Below, in pieces: positions 31,789-45,506 of a DNA stretch of 64,000 nucleotides (positions are counted from its first letter, which is position 1; every line of letters starts with the position of its first letter). The stretch comes from Eledone cirrhosa (taxonomy: Eukaryota). The DNA lies in contig OZ024747.1 of NCBI GenBank assembly GCA_964016885.1, forward strand, positions 6,882,001-6,946,000, read 5' to 3'. The position numbers and the translations under genes were made by a program. The notes below the pieces were generated by a model, which made no database searches, was not told where the DNA came from, and saw only the letters and a program-made list of their open reading frames with translations.

Positions 31789-34700
31789 ACATAAATTGGG
31801 TTTGTGCTGACAAACTTGAAAACATTTTTCAGTGCGTATGTTGAAACAGTAAGGTGTGCATGTAAATATCTGTATAGAGTTCGAAGCAGGACTCTTGAAT
31901 GAGTAGAAACAAATTAGTGATTCACCGGGAATCCGTCTATAATTACCGCCAACGTTGCTGTTGTGCAATCGTATAAAAGCTCAGTCGGAGTCCAACAGAC
32001 AACCAAAACAAATGCTCGAGCTACGCTGCTTGCTGTTCTGCAGCAGAAGCATTGACTTGATATGGCACACAGAGGACGGTTGCTGGTGCCTATCTCAGTT
32101 AAACTGATCTTGCCCTGTTTTACCCTCAACCGAAGTTTATATGGTAAGAAAAATATGCAACTAATATACACACCACACACACATATATATGTTTGCGTGT
32201 GTGTTGAATTTGAAAAGAGAAAAATATCCTGTTTTGTCTATCAGTCTGTCTCATTGCCTTGTCTGTATATCTTTCTAACTATCTATATATCTCATCACAT
32301 CTTTTTAAACTCCTTTCTATTTGTTTCTCTACGTTTGTTTTCTTTTCGTTTCTTTCTCTTTCTATTCAGAATTACCGTTGGATTGATTTGGCATGTCTTC
32401 ATTTTTAATTGAACTGTTAACGAACATGTCCAAACACAAAATTGACAACTAACCTAGACGACAGTCTTATTATTGCTTAATGATCTCTATTATAAAACAA
32501 AATATTATTTTTTTACATATGAATTTTTTACATGAATCATAAAACAACAGAAATACAAAATTGTATTTAGTTTCTACTTGTTGTTGTTTAACTCTAGATG
32601 AGCTCAGATCGAGCAAACTTATATTCAAAGATATTCCAGCCGTGACTATCCCGTCTTTTATTTTCAGAAATATGTCTAAGTTTAAATTATCTAATGTTTA
32701 ATTCTTGATTTGATGTTGGGTGTTATTTCAGTGAGATTCGACTGCTTTTTTTTTTTAGCGGGTCGAGTTATCACGTTGAGGGTCTCTATTCGACCCCTTC
32801 ATTCGAGCAATATATATTTTCCTCCGTTCGTTGGCATCATTTGAACTCTTGTAGTTAAAATACCCATTTGTTGTTTTTGTTACTACATTTAGCTGTAATA
32901 TATCTAATCTGATGCAACCACGGCTAGAACAAGTTTTCCTTGTGGTTTCCCCTCCTTCCATGCTTCATTAGTATTTTTCCTTGCTCAATTTCTTGTCGTT
33001 TTGATAACACGGGTCAAATTTAAATAACCTTTTGGATTAATAAATGGAAACTTTTAAAACCATACTAACCACATTCTATTTATGTTTCCTAACATGCTTC
33101 TTGATAGTCAAGGGATAAAAATAACAACATAACAGTCGATTCAAAACTGCAAACTTTTTGAATCTTGAATGTCCAAATGTTCTTTTAATATATAAAATAT
33201 ATAGTATTATGATAGCTGTGTGTGTGTGCATAAAAAATAATGGAGGGGTGGTATTCACCCGTATAATTACGAGTATGTATGTGCATTTTGTTTGCTTGTA
33301 TGTATGCGTGTCAATATGTATTTGTTATGTACTGGTTTGCTAGCTTGCATAAAAGTATGACAAGCTGTTGTTGCTAGCTTTTTTGTATGTCTAAATATGT
33401 GTCTTGTATTTGCGCGCTTATGTTCGCATATCAAGTCATAATGCTCAGTCACACATACACCAAACATGCACACACTGACATATACACGAAACAGGCACAT
33501 AGTCACATAATACAGAGACAAGGCCAAACACTGCACATATAGTTATACACTGAGACACTTGATGACACATACAAACAAAATGCATATTCAGAGACACGTC
33601 CTACACCATGGCACATACACACAGGCGTACGCTAGCATAGACAAACACAAGTACACACGAACTAACGGGTGAGCCTCTACTTGATCGCTCAAACTGCTAG
33701 AAATAGCAACAAAAACTCCATAAAATTAAATTCTTTTCTTAAATAATTGAAAGACACATTGCATAATGTTATTCTAAATGCCTCTTAAAATAAGATGGGA
33801 TGGTTACGACTAGAATGCCTTTGATCATTGGTTTGTTCGATTTGGTTTGACCTAGGGCTGAATAACAAGCACACATAGACAATACACACAAGCACACACT
33901 GCAGTCTCACAATGCAGGTCTACTTACACACATTAACAAAAGGCACTTACACACAGAGAGTGACATACACGGACGCACACATTAGAGGAAAACATTGTAA
34001 GCATACTAAGCACACACACATGTATACAAACAAAATATTACACGCACACACATATAAATGTATACAGATTTTTATTAAAATACTGTTGAAGTGTGTATAC
34101 ATTTTTTGGGGGGCACCCTGTATGTATATATATATATATATATTCAACGACAAACATCAATTGACACACAAAGCCGTACTCTGCTTAGCAAACACTTTAT
34201 ATTTTATTTGAAACCGAGGTTTGTTTTTGACATTACTCAGAGTTTCTCGTGGATCACTAATCAAACTGTACTTCACTTATTAAATGTCCTTTTCTTCTCG
34301 TTTACACACATGTACCGAGAGGCACGCGCCAGGTGTTTTGTGAAATTTATTGTCTTTATCCTGCCTATTTGCTACGTTGCAAACATCACACCTCCCCTCA
34401 TCATGTCTCTCTCTCTCTCTCTCTCTCATTCTATATCCTTCCATCCTTGGTGTTGCCTGACGGTGGAAAGAAAAACCATCGAAATGTGTTACAGTTAACA
34501 GTAATTTGCTAGTTTACAGGAACTGTGTGCATGACAGACAGACAGACAGAGAAGAGATTGACCGAGTTGACAAGTCTTCTTCTTCACTTCTCTCTTTTTA
34601 CTTCCTTGGGTTTCTGTAAATACCAAGGATCCGCAGTTCGAATCATCGAACATCGAATATCCCTTTTCTGTTATTTTTTTCTTTTTTTTTTTTCTATATG

Positions 34701-34934
34701 ATTTCATTGTTTTGCAAAGCGCCAAGCAAGAAAGGAAGTGGTGGTGGGGGGAGGGAGGGGGGGGGGAGAAGAGGAAAGAAAAGCGATGACTATTGAAGGA
34801 GTGGAGAAAGAAAGAGAGTGGAGAGAGGAGGAGGTGGTGGTGAGGGGGAAGAATGTTAGTTTAGGTGGGTAAGAGTGGAGAAGTGTTTTCTACCACGGCT
34901 ATCATTTCATTCCCCCTCCTCTTCCCCCCTGTTG

Positions 34935-35680
34935 TTTTTGAGAAATCTGTTGTTATTGCTGTTGATGCCATGGCTGCAGCTGCTGTTTCTGTTGCAGCTG
35001 CTGCTCAAACTTGTTATTTCTGTTGCTGCTACTGCTGCCATGCCTATTATTATTGTTGTTGATAGTAGTAGTAGTGGTGGTGGTGGTAGTGGTGGTAATG
35101 TTGCCACAGCTGCTGTTCAACAACAACAACAACAACATATATCTGCTGTTGTTTTTGCAGACTTGACTGCTGTTGTTGTCGCTATTGCTGTCATTATTCC
35201 CGCTGCAGTTGTTTTTGTTACTGCTGCTGCTACTGCTGAGACTGCAGTTGCTGTTATAACTACTACAACTGCTGTTGCCGTTAATACTATTACCACCACC
35301 ACTACTACCACTACTACTAATGATGTTGCTGTTACACTACTCTAGCGTATATATAACTGCTGCTGCTATTGCTGCTGCTGTTACACTGCTGCACCTATAA
35401 CTGATGTTGTTGTTATTACTGTTGTCTTGAATTACAACAACAGTAACTACTACAACTGCTGCTGCTACTACTACTATTACGACCCCCCCCCCCCCCTTAC
35501 TATTAGTTCTGTTGTTATTTCTACCACTACCAACAGTTCTTCAGTTGCTGTTGTAACCATCATCGCCATCACCACCGCCAGCACCACCCACAGCAACAAC
35601 AACATTTCTGCAGTTGCTGTTGTTACCACCACCACCACCACCACCACCACTACTACTACTATCACCATTGCTACTGATGT
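34935..35680. repeat. Compound trinucleotide low-complexity tract (gct/gtt/act/cac)
   Basis: Directly visible. Confidence 0.85.
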
Positions 35681-36889
35681 TGCTCTAATTTATTTTGTAA
35701 GATTTTGTATTCTGTTGCTGAAAGAAGACAGTTAAAACTCTTAACCGAAGGGACAAACCCCATGCTTAGTTTATATTTATTTTCATTTTGTTTTGGTTTG
35801 TTTTGTTCCTGACTTTTTGTTTTTCAAATGTGGCTTTACAAGTGAGGTGGCAGCCCATAGCTGTTTGACAGCGTAGCTAACTAAAGACTGGATCATTAAT
35901 TTGTTTAACATACAGTCTTATATCTTACAGGAGTATATCATGACAAGAGGTAGGTTTAGTTTATCATCATTATTATTATTGTTAAATGTCTGACAGGAAG
36001 GGACATAGCCCATTACACACACATACGCATCTATATACAAACACATTGCATGAACAGCTGAATTGTGGGGTTTTTTAAGGGGACATATACTTGATTTTAT
36101 TTCCTGTCACTAGAGATGGCAGACAACAAGTGGCCACCAGCCTTCCTTTACAATAACCTATCTCAGATTTCTCTGAAGGAATTTCACTGAGTGTGCTGTT
36201 GTATAGTTACTTTGAATTATTCTGTGTAGCCATGAACTCTTCCCTTCCTCTTCCCTTCAGTTTTTAGAACATGGAGACCATGTGTGTTTAAAATTCTAAA
36301 TCTTAATATTACATGTCCATACTGTAGTTGGGATAGTTACAGCTGCAACACTGCTCAAAGGATTCAGAAGTTCTTTGTTTTAGTACTAACTGACCCTGGG
36401 AGATGGCTAATTAAACTAAATGTGTTTTCTAAGACTTGAGAGAATTTTAAAGGCTAGGGCTGAGACTTGGCTTTAGGTACTTAAATTAATGAGACACATC
36501 TCTCCCTGGATAGTATCTCAGACTCTCTTGGGTAACATTCCTGACAGCTAAGCAATAAAGGTCTCTACACATTCATTCAGTATCAAGGAGATGGCAGATA
36601 TATCTTCTTCAAATCACACCCTACAGTCCCTCTTGGGAAGGGTCATATTATATAGTGTAGTCCTAGATATAGTAAGTCAGAATAAAAGACAAGATGGTCT
36701 TGTCTTTGACTGTAAATTTGCTTAATCAGGATCGAATTGAGACTAAACAATAACAAAAATAAACTGCAGTGGATTAGAGCTCGAGACCGTTTGATACCAT
36801 ATTCACTTATTTTGTTTCTGTATTTGAGAAATAGAGGAGAAAGGAAGAAAAAAAAAGATTAAAACTATTTCAATATATTGATTGGAAGA

Positions 36890-37113
36890 GGGTGGTGGAA
36901 TAGCAAAATTGGTAGAGCATCAGATAAAATGCCTTTGTACTATTTGTTCTGACTGTTTACATTCTGAGTGCAAATCCCACCAAGGTCAACTTTACCTTTC
37001 ATCCTTCCAAATTCAATAAAATAAAGTAGCTGTCAAGTGCTGGGGTTGATTTAATCAACTTTGCTTTTACCCCAAAACTTTGCTGGCCTTGTGCCTAAAT
37101 TAGAAACCAATAT
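36890..37113 (+). mobile_element. Older SINE family A copy
   Basis: Similar to the adjacent 37193-37380 copy but more diverged. Confidence 0.65.
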
Positions 37114-37192
37114 AATGGTGGAAGAGCTGCTTATGACCTCCTTAATTTGGCCAATCATATCTTGGACAACAGATTGTATTATTACATTGAAT

Positions 37193-37385
37193 GGGCGGTG
37201 GATTGGCAGTATCGGTAGAGGGTTGGACGCCATGCTTTGACGCATAGTTACGGCCCTTGCCATTCTGAGTTCAAATCCCACCGAGGTTAACTTTGCCTTT
37301 CATCCTTACGGGGTCGATAAAATAAAGTACCAGTAATGCACTGGGGTAATTGCTGGCCTTGTGCCAAAAGTAGAAACAATTATTA
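37193..37385 (+). mobile_element. tRNA-derived SINE (family A), well-preserved sense copy
   Basis: A box tggcagtatcgg, B box gagttcaaatcc, central gcctttcatccttacggggtcgataaaataaagtaccag, (att)n tail. Confidence 0.85.
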
Positions 37386-38048
37386 CATTGAATGAGGTGG
37401 CCCATAATTTGGAGCTGATGGTCGTTAGGTTCAAGGTTAAAAGATGACAGATTTGTTGCTCTATAGATATTTTCAATTCTTATACTGTCCTTTTGACTTG
37501 ATAGGGTTCTGACCTACCAACCAAAGGGCAGGTGGTTCAGTGGTCTATATCCTGTTGGCAGATTTATCTAGAGCTACATTATTCAATGTGTGCTTTTTTA
37601 AAAGACATTTGGCTGCTATTTCTAGCAGGTCAAATAGCCATGTAAAAGTTCCTTTTTGAGGAACACATCTCAACAGCACAGAACAGAGTTGATTGTGATA
37701 ACACCAGAAGTAGCTCTGTGAAGGAAGTACTCTGTTCAGTTATGATAAGAAGGTTATCAGTATGTTAACTCTTAACATCCAGCAATAATCAAGCAAAAAA
37801 AAATGTCTAACTACTGGTTTCTTTATTCAAATGTTCAGAGTATCTTTGGCTATTATTTCCAGCAGTCCTTAGTATACTGGTATACACTGAAAGTTAAAAT
37901 CTGTTTTGTCTGTGGACTGAATGGTCCCTGCTAATTTCTACAAGATTCTTACATCTATACTAGTTGCTATGTTTGTCAACCCTCTTCTACATTATAGCTT
38001 CTTTATTATACTTCTTACCCATCCTCTATTTCAACTGAAGCAACTATC

Positions 38049-38279
38049 TTAACCCTTTAGCATTTACATTACTCTATATATATATTATTGTATTTTCGCG
38101 GTAAAGGTTTTATCTCACATAATTATCTTACATAATATCGAATCTATGAGATTTCAATGTTATTTATTTTGAGAACAATACCTTAATATCTGTATGAGTG
38201 GCCAGTTACAGCTGGTTTGAACAGAAAGAGGTGAGAGAATTCTGGCCAGATATGGCCGGTTTAAATGCTAAAGGGTTAA
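38049..38279. mobile_element. piggyBac-type MITE, intact
   Basis: TTAA TSD on both sides; perfect TIR ccctttagcattta / taaatgctaaaggg; no coding capacity. Confidence 0.9.
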
Positions 38280-39699
38280 TTTCTTTGTCTTCATTTCTTT
38301 TTATCAATTGTCTTTTTTCTCCAAACTTTTTGTTTGTCTTACTTTCTTTTCCCATTTACTATATTCTGATTTCTTGACCTCGCAATTTGTCTCTTTTTTT
38401 ACTTTGCCCTATTTAATGTCAGTCTTACTCTGTCCTATTTTATCTGTCAGTCTTACTTTGACCTATTTTATCTGTCAGTCTTACTCTGTCTCATTTCATC
38501 TGTCTATCTTCCTTTGTCTTATTTCATCTGTCTATCTTTGTTTATCCTATTTCATCTGTCTATATTACTCTGTCCTATTTCACTTTGTCCTATTTCATCT
38601 GTCTATCTTACTTTGTCCTAGTTTTTCTGTCTATTTTACTTTGTTCTATTTTCTGTTTATACTACTTTGTCCTATTTCATGTTTATCTTTATCCTATTTC
38701 ATATCTAATTTTGTCCTAGTGTCTCTGTCTCTCATACTTCGTCCTATTCCATCTGTCTGTCCTACTTTGTCCTATTTCACCTGTCTATCTTTGTCCTATT
38801 CCATCTATCTATCTTATTTTGTCCAAATTGTTGCAGCTATCAACATTCTTTTATCTGCTCCAATGTTTTCCCTCTTAGTCCAAATACTGCTTGTTATTTA
38901 CTTTTAAATTCTTCACAAATATTTTGAGGAAAGTAATCTGATTTGTTTATAAGATTTGAGAGTTTGAAGACATGTTCTAATGACTGCTTTATAATCTTCA
39001 TTCTCACAGATTTTTAACTTTCATGATATTATATATACATGTGCTGTATATGTTAGGAGTTGCAACTAGCAGATAGTATCAGTAATGGAAAGACCAATGG
39101 AAACATTGTTTCCTTGGTCCAATTTAATGACATACTTATTTTCTTTCCTTCAATGATATGGGATTATCAGTGCAATCTTATACATGAATTTATAATTTAA
39201 GGTGTCTGGGTATACAGGAATATATTAGATCGTGTGTGTTTGTTTGTGTTCTGCAATTTTCTGCAATTTATGAAATGGTTGAACATTTTTCAAATGTATT
39301 TATTGTATATATCTCTAGTGTTGGTGCCATGATAGAATGCACCCAGTACACTCTATAAAGTGGTTGGAGATTGAATAGAAACAATATAAGGTAGAAAGAA
39401 CATTTTATTGATGTTGAGAACATGACAACCTCTCTAGTATTGGTGCCATTATAACATGTACCTAGTTTGCTCTGTTGAGTGTTTGATGTTAGGAAGGGCT
39501 CCAGTCATAGAAACCATGCCCCAAAATGGAACATATGAATGAGATGTGGTTCCGAAACCCCTTCTAGGAGGGCAATAACTCAAATAATGACTGAATAGGT
39601 CTGTAATAGTGCCAGCATGGAAGACAGACATAAAACAATGATGATGATTTATTCCCTGGTTATTTGGTGAATTCAACCATTTAGAGTCACTTCAGAGGA

Positions 39700-40937
39700 T
39701 ATTGTGTAATTGGAAGGGGTGATAGCTGTGGTGCATATTGTGCAACTGGAAGGGGTGATAGCTGTGGTGCATATCGTGCAACTGGAAGGGGTGATAGCTG
39801 TGGTGCATATCGTGCAACTGGAAGGGGTGATAGCTGTGGTGCATATTGTGCAACTGGAAGGGGTGATAGCTGTGGTGCATATCGTGCAACTGGAAGGGGT
39901 GATAGCTGTGGTGCATATTGTGCAACTGGAAGGGGTGATAGCTGTGATGCATATTGTGCAACTGGAAGGGGTGATAGCTGTGGTGCATATTGTGCAACTG
40001 GAAGGGGTGATAGCTGTGGTGCATATTGTGCAACTGGAAGGGGTGATAGCTGTGGTGCATATCGTGCAACTGGAAGGGGTGATAGCTGTGGTGCATATTG
40101 TGCAACTGGAAGGGGTGATAGCTGTGGTGCATATTGTGCAACTGGAAGGGGTGATAGCTGTGGTGCATATTGTGCAACTGGAAGGGGTGATAGCTGTGGT
40201 GCATATTGTGCAACTGGAAGGAGTGATAGCTGTGGTGCATATCGTGCAACTGGAAGGGGTGATAGCTGTGGTGCATATTGTGCAACTGGAAGGGGTGATA
40301 GCTGTGGTGCATATTGTGCAACTGGAAGGGGTGATAGCTGTGGGGCATATTGTGCAACTGGAAGGGGTGATAGCTGTGGGGCATATTGTGCAACTGGAAG
40401 GGGTGATAGCTGTGGTGCATATTGTGCAACTGGAAGGGGTGATAGCTGTGGTGCATATTGTGCAACTGGAAGGAGTGATAGCTGTGGTGCATATCGTGCA
40501 ACTGGAAGGGGTGATAGCTGTGGTGCATATTGTGCAACTGGAAGGGGTGATAGCTGTGGTGCATATTGTGCAACTGGAAGGGGTGATAGCTGTGGTGCAT
40601 ATTGTGCAACTGGAAGGGGTGATAGCTGTGGGGCATATCGTGCAACTGGAAGGGGTGATAGCTGTGGTGCATATCGTGCAAATGGAAGGGGTGATAGCTG
40701 TGGTGCATATTGTGCAACTGGAAGGGGTGATAGCTGTGGGGCATATTGTGCAACTGGAAGGGGTGATAGCTGTGGGGCATATTGTGCAACTGGAAGGGGT
40801 GATAGCTGTGGGGCATATCGTGCAACTGTAAGGGGTGATAGCTGTGGGGCATATTGTGCAACTGGAAGGGGTGATAGCTGTGGGGCATATTGTGCAACTG
40901 GAAGGGGTGATAGCTGTGGGGCATATTGTGCAACTGG
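39700..40937. repeat. 36-bp minisatellite, about 34 near-identical copies
   Basis: Unit gtgcaactggaaggggtgatagctgtggtgcatatt. Confidence 0.97.
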
Positions 40938-41057
40938 ACAAAGCTCTACACTGCAAGATAACTAATTAGGAATATTCAGCTGTAATGGAAGTTTAGTCAC
41001 TGAGGGAGCAACTCTGCAGTGGGTGTTATGTAATGGAGAAGGGTTGGAGGATTGTAT

Positions 41058-42770
41058 TGATGTTGACAGTGGTGTTGGTGATGTTGACAGTGGTGTTGGT
41101 GATGTTGGTGATGTTGACAGTGGTGTTGGTGATGTTGACAGTGGTGTTGGTGATGTTGACTGGTGTCAGTGATGTTGACAGTGGTGTTGGTGATGTTGAC
41201 AGTGGTGTTGGTGATGTTGACAGTGGTGTTGGTGATGTTGGTGTTGTTGACAGTGGTGTCAGTGATGTTGACAGTGGTGTCAGTGATGTTGACAGTGGTG
41301 TCAGTGATGTTGGTGTTGTTGACAGTGGTGTTGGTGTTGTTGACAGTGGTGTTGGTGATGTTGGTGTTGTTGACAGTGATGTTGACAGTGGTGTTGGTGA
41401 TGTTGGTGTTGTTGACAGTGGTGTCAGTGATGTTGACAGTGGTGTTGTTGGTGTTGTTGACAGTGGTGTCAGTGATGTTGGTGTTGTTGACAGTGGTGTC
41501 AGTGATGTTGACAGTGGTGTTGTTGACAGTGGTGTCAGTGATGTTGGTGTTGTTGACAGTGGTGTTGGTGATGTTGACAGTGGTGTCAGTGATGTTGGTG
41601 TTGTTGACAGTGGTGTCAGTGATGTTGGTGTTGTTGACAGTGGTGTCAGTGATGTTGACAGCAGTGTTGGTGTTGTTGACAGTGGTGTCAGTGGTGTTGG
41701 TGATGTTGACAGTGGTGTCAGTGATGTTGGTGTTGTTGACAGTGGTGTCAGTGATGTTGGTGTTGTTGACAGTGGTGTTGGTGATGTTGACAGCGGTGTT
41801 GGTGTTGTTGACAGTGGTGTCAGTGATGTTGGTGTTGTTGACTGGTGTTGGTGTTGTTGACAGTGATGTTGGTGTTGTTGACAGTGGTGTCAGTGATGTT
41901 GACAGCGGTGTTGGTGTTGTTGACAGTGGTGTCAGTGATGTTGGTGTTGTTGACAGTGGTGTTGGTGTTGTTGACAGTGGTGTCAGTGATGTTGGTGTTG
42001 TTGACAGTGGTGTCAGTGATGTTGGTGTTGTTGACAGTGGTGTTGGTGATGTTGACAGTGGTGTCAGTGATGTTGGTGTTGTTGACAGTGGTGTCAGTGA
42101 TGTTGGTGTTGTTGACAGTGGTGTTGGTGATGTTGACAGTGGTGTCAGTGATGTTGGTGTTGTTGACAGTGGTGTCAGTGATGTTGGTGTTGTTGACAGT
42201 GGTGTTGGTGTTGTTGACAGTGGTGTCAGTGATGTTGGTGTTGTTGACAGTGGTGTCAGTGATGTTGGTGTTGTTGACAGTGGTGTTGGTGATGTTGACA
42301 GTGGTGTCAGTGATGTTGGTGTTGTTGACAGTGGTGTTGGTGTTGTTGACAGTGGTGTCAGTGATGTTGACAGTGGTGTTGGTGATGTTGACAGTGGTGT
42401 CAGTGATGTTGGTGTTGTTGACAGTGGTGTCAGTGATGTTGGTGTTGTTGACAGTGGTGTTGATGTTGACAGTGGTGTCAGTGATGTTGGTGTTGTTGAC
42501 AGTGGTGTCAGTGATGTTGGTGTTGTTGACAGTGGTGTCAGTGGTGTTGGTGATGTTGACAGTGGTGTCAGTGATGTTGGTGTTGTTGACAGTGGTGTCG
42601 CTGATGTTGACAGTGGTGTTGGTGATGTTGACAGTGGTGTTGGTGATGTTGACAGTGGTGTTTGGGATGTTGACAGTGGTGTCGGTGATGTTGACTGGTG
42701 TCGCTGATGTTGACAGTGGTGTTGGTGATGTTGACAGTGCTGTCAGTGGTGTTGGTGATGTTGACAGTGC
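41058..42770. repeat. 1.7-kb compound repeat built from 9-bp modules
   Basis: Modules gttgacagt, ggtgtcagt, gatgttggt and ggtgtt in shuffled order. Confidence 0.95.
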
Positions 42771-42791
42771 TGATGGTGACATTGACAATAA

Positions 42792-42970
42792 TTGTTTCTA
42801 CTTTTGGCACAAGGCCAGCAATTACCTTTGCATATTACTGGTACTTTATTTTATTGACCCCGTAAGGACGAAAGGCAAAGTTAACCTCAGCGGGATTTGA
42901 ACTAAGAACGTAAAGGGTCATAAATCTGTGCTGCAAAGCATGGCGTCTGACGCTCTACCAATCCACTGCC
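42792..42970 (-). mobile_element. tRNA-derived SINE (family A), antisense copy
   Basis: Colinear with 372-556. Confidence 0.8.
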
Positions 42971-43004
42971 CTTGACAATAAAGACAGCAATGTTTACTAT
43001 AACA

Positions 43005-43320
43005 ACCACACCACTACCACCACCACCACCACCACCACCACAACACACCACCACCACCACCACAACACACCACCACCACCACTACCACAACACACCACCA
43101 CCACTACTACCATCATCCTTACAACCACCACCACTACTACCACCACCACCACCACAACACACCACCACCACTACTACCACCACAACACTACCGTCATCAT
43201 TACAACCACCACCACTACACTACCACTACTACCATCATCATTACAACCACCACCACCACTACTACCACCACAACACACCACCACTATAACACACCACCAC
43301 CACAACACACCACCGCTACA
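43005..43320. repeat. (CAC)n-rich low-complexity tract
   Basis: Directly visible. Confidence 0.9.
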
Positions 43321-45506
43321 ACCTGGTTTCACTGTTAACCAATATTAAATATTTTCTGGCGTGGGAAATCTTCTTAAACTGATTCACTGAAGAAAGTCTT
43401 AAGATTACAATTGTTGAATAAAACAGATTTTATTTCTTCAAATCCATTGTTTGGACTTTTTAGTCATTTAAACAGTTTTTTTTATATTATCACAAGGCTT
43501 TCTAAACTGTCTCAAAACTCAATTCCTCTCTCTGTCTGGTCTGTGTGTATGTATGTATGTATGTGTGTGTATGTATGTGTGTGTGTGTGTATGTATGTAT
43601 GTATGCGTGTGGTTATCTCTCTTATCTAATAAGTGTATGCTATCAACACATATGAGAGGGGTACATTAGTGGGTGTGAGTAGTTTATTTGTTGTTGTTTG
43701 TTCAAATGAAGTAGTTTGTTGTTCAAATCCATGGAAAGTGAGTGAAGTGTATCTCAGTGAGTGTGAGTGGTTTGTTGGTCAAGTCCCTGGAAAGTGAGTG
43801 AAGTGTATCTCAGTGAGTCGAGAGAATTGTTGCTGTGGAGTGTCGCCCTGGTCAAGGAAACCAATAGTTGTAGTTGTGTTATGATATTGGTGCAGGGAAG
43901 AAGATTTTCCACAACCACACTGATAGGAATTTACAAATGAACAAGAAACTGCAAATTTTTATATATTTTTTATTGGTTGCATGATTTACTTTGAAGTCTT
44001 GTGCAGTAACAACTGGAAGGTTTTAACGATGGTACGAAGTCTAACTGGGATGTGTTTAAATTGGTTGAATTTGTGTATATATGTGAATGTAGAATCTACA
44101 AGTAGTGAATTCTACTAACCTTAGTTGAAGTTGGTATGTGTGGCTAGAACAGCTGACAATAGATGTCAGGACTGCCTAGCCAGCTTGGAAGTGAGTGAGT
44201 GGCAGATTGGAGAGGCAGACTAACTTTTCTGGGGTCAAAATTTCTTGTATTTATAATGGTAGGGTCCTCCGAAACATTAAACAGATGGCCATGACAGCTA
44301 TTTCCTTTTAAATAAAGGCAGTAAATCAAACAGCAATGATGCAGTCTCAAAGAAATTGGTATCGAAGTTAGGCTGACTGATGTTAAAGGTCAGTGTGTGT
44401 TGATATGTGACTATGTGAACACATGAGAACTTTCTCATAATTTCACTACTCATCTACATAACTATATTAATGGTATAGAGATATTTCATATATATAACAG
44501 TACTATGTAGTCCAGAGTGAAAAGAAGGGGAGGAGATTAAATAAGGTCCCAGGAAAAGGCTGGGAAAAAGAATCAATTGAGTAGGTCCTTGAAACCCCTT
44601 TTATCTGTAGTAACTAATGAAAAGCCTTATATTTGCAATATCTGTGGAAGGGGGTTTAGTACAAACAATGATCTGAAAAGACCTTGTAAGTTTGGTAGTT
44701 GAAATTTATAATTACATATTAAAGGGGAACTCATATATAATCCTATTTAAATATAGATCTGCTCATATTTGTTACTGAATCAGTTTCTATATAGTCGAGA
44801 GTAGAAAGAAAAGAGAAATTCCAAGATGAGATCTTTGAGATTTAGGAAAGATATGTAGGAAAAGAAAGGATAACAGTATGTTTTTTCAGATCTGTTGTAT
44901 CCACTAGATGTTAATCAAGTGATGTAGCTGAATATCAGAATTTCAATAAAAACTTTTGGATGTTTCTGCATAATCCAAAGATCTTTGAGCATGTATTCAG
45001 GTATTGATTAGGTGTTTTATTAGTTTCCAATATATTGACCTTTTTTACTCAACACACTTAGCATCACCATATCACATTTATGTATGGTCGGCACTTCTCT
45101 TCTATTCTTTATATTATATTATATGGGATGTTGTGAAACTTTTTCTTCATGTTTGAAAGAAGCTCATTTATTATTATCATTATCTTTTAAAAGTAAACAT
45201 GCTGTTTTTTAAATATATGAATACATATGTACACTCACATAAACACATAAACATATTTATATATGAATACACACACCTTACAACACATGCACATGAACAT
45301 ATTCCAAGTCACATATATTTCTGTGTTAAATTATTTTACTATTGCTTTTTCAGGTGTGTGTGTGTGGGAGTGAACGACCAGTGAAGTTAACAATTGCAAG
45401 GAATCCCCTCTCTAGTTGCTGTCAGTCTATGAAGGAGACCAGATGTAAGACAGTAATTTGGAAACACATGGAAATATATTGAAAAAAAACTAAAGAAGAC
45501 ACAACA

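Noticed and set aside
34865-35735. Ala/Val/Gln/Thr-rich ORFs
   Set aside because: Trinucleotide low-complexity DNA with no domain or splice support
38308-38907. 199-aa hydrophobic ORF
   Set aside because: Degenerate pyrimidine-rich repeat (tgtcctatttcatctgtcta); hydrophobicity is compositional
41033-42900. Long ORFs of 275-514 aa (VDSGVSD, MLTVV and NITDTT repeats)
   Set aside because: Artefacts of a stop-free triplet-module repeat; open in many frames, with a frameshift at about 41840
43650-44450. Possible LINE 5'/ORF1 remnant with a 31-bp direct repeat
   Set aside because: No diagnostic protein motif recoverable
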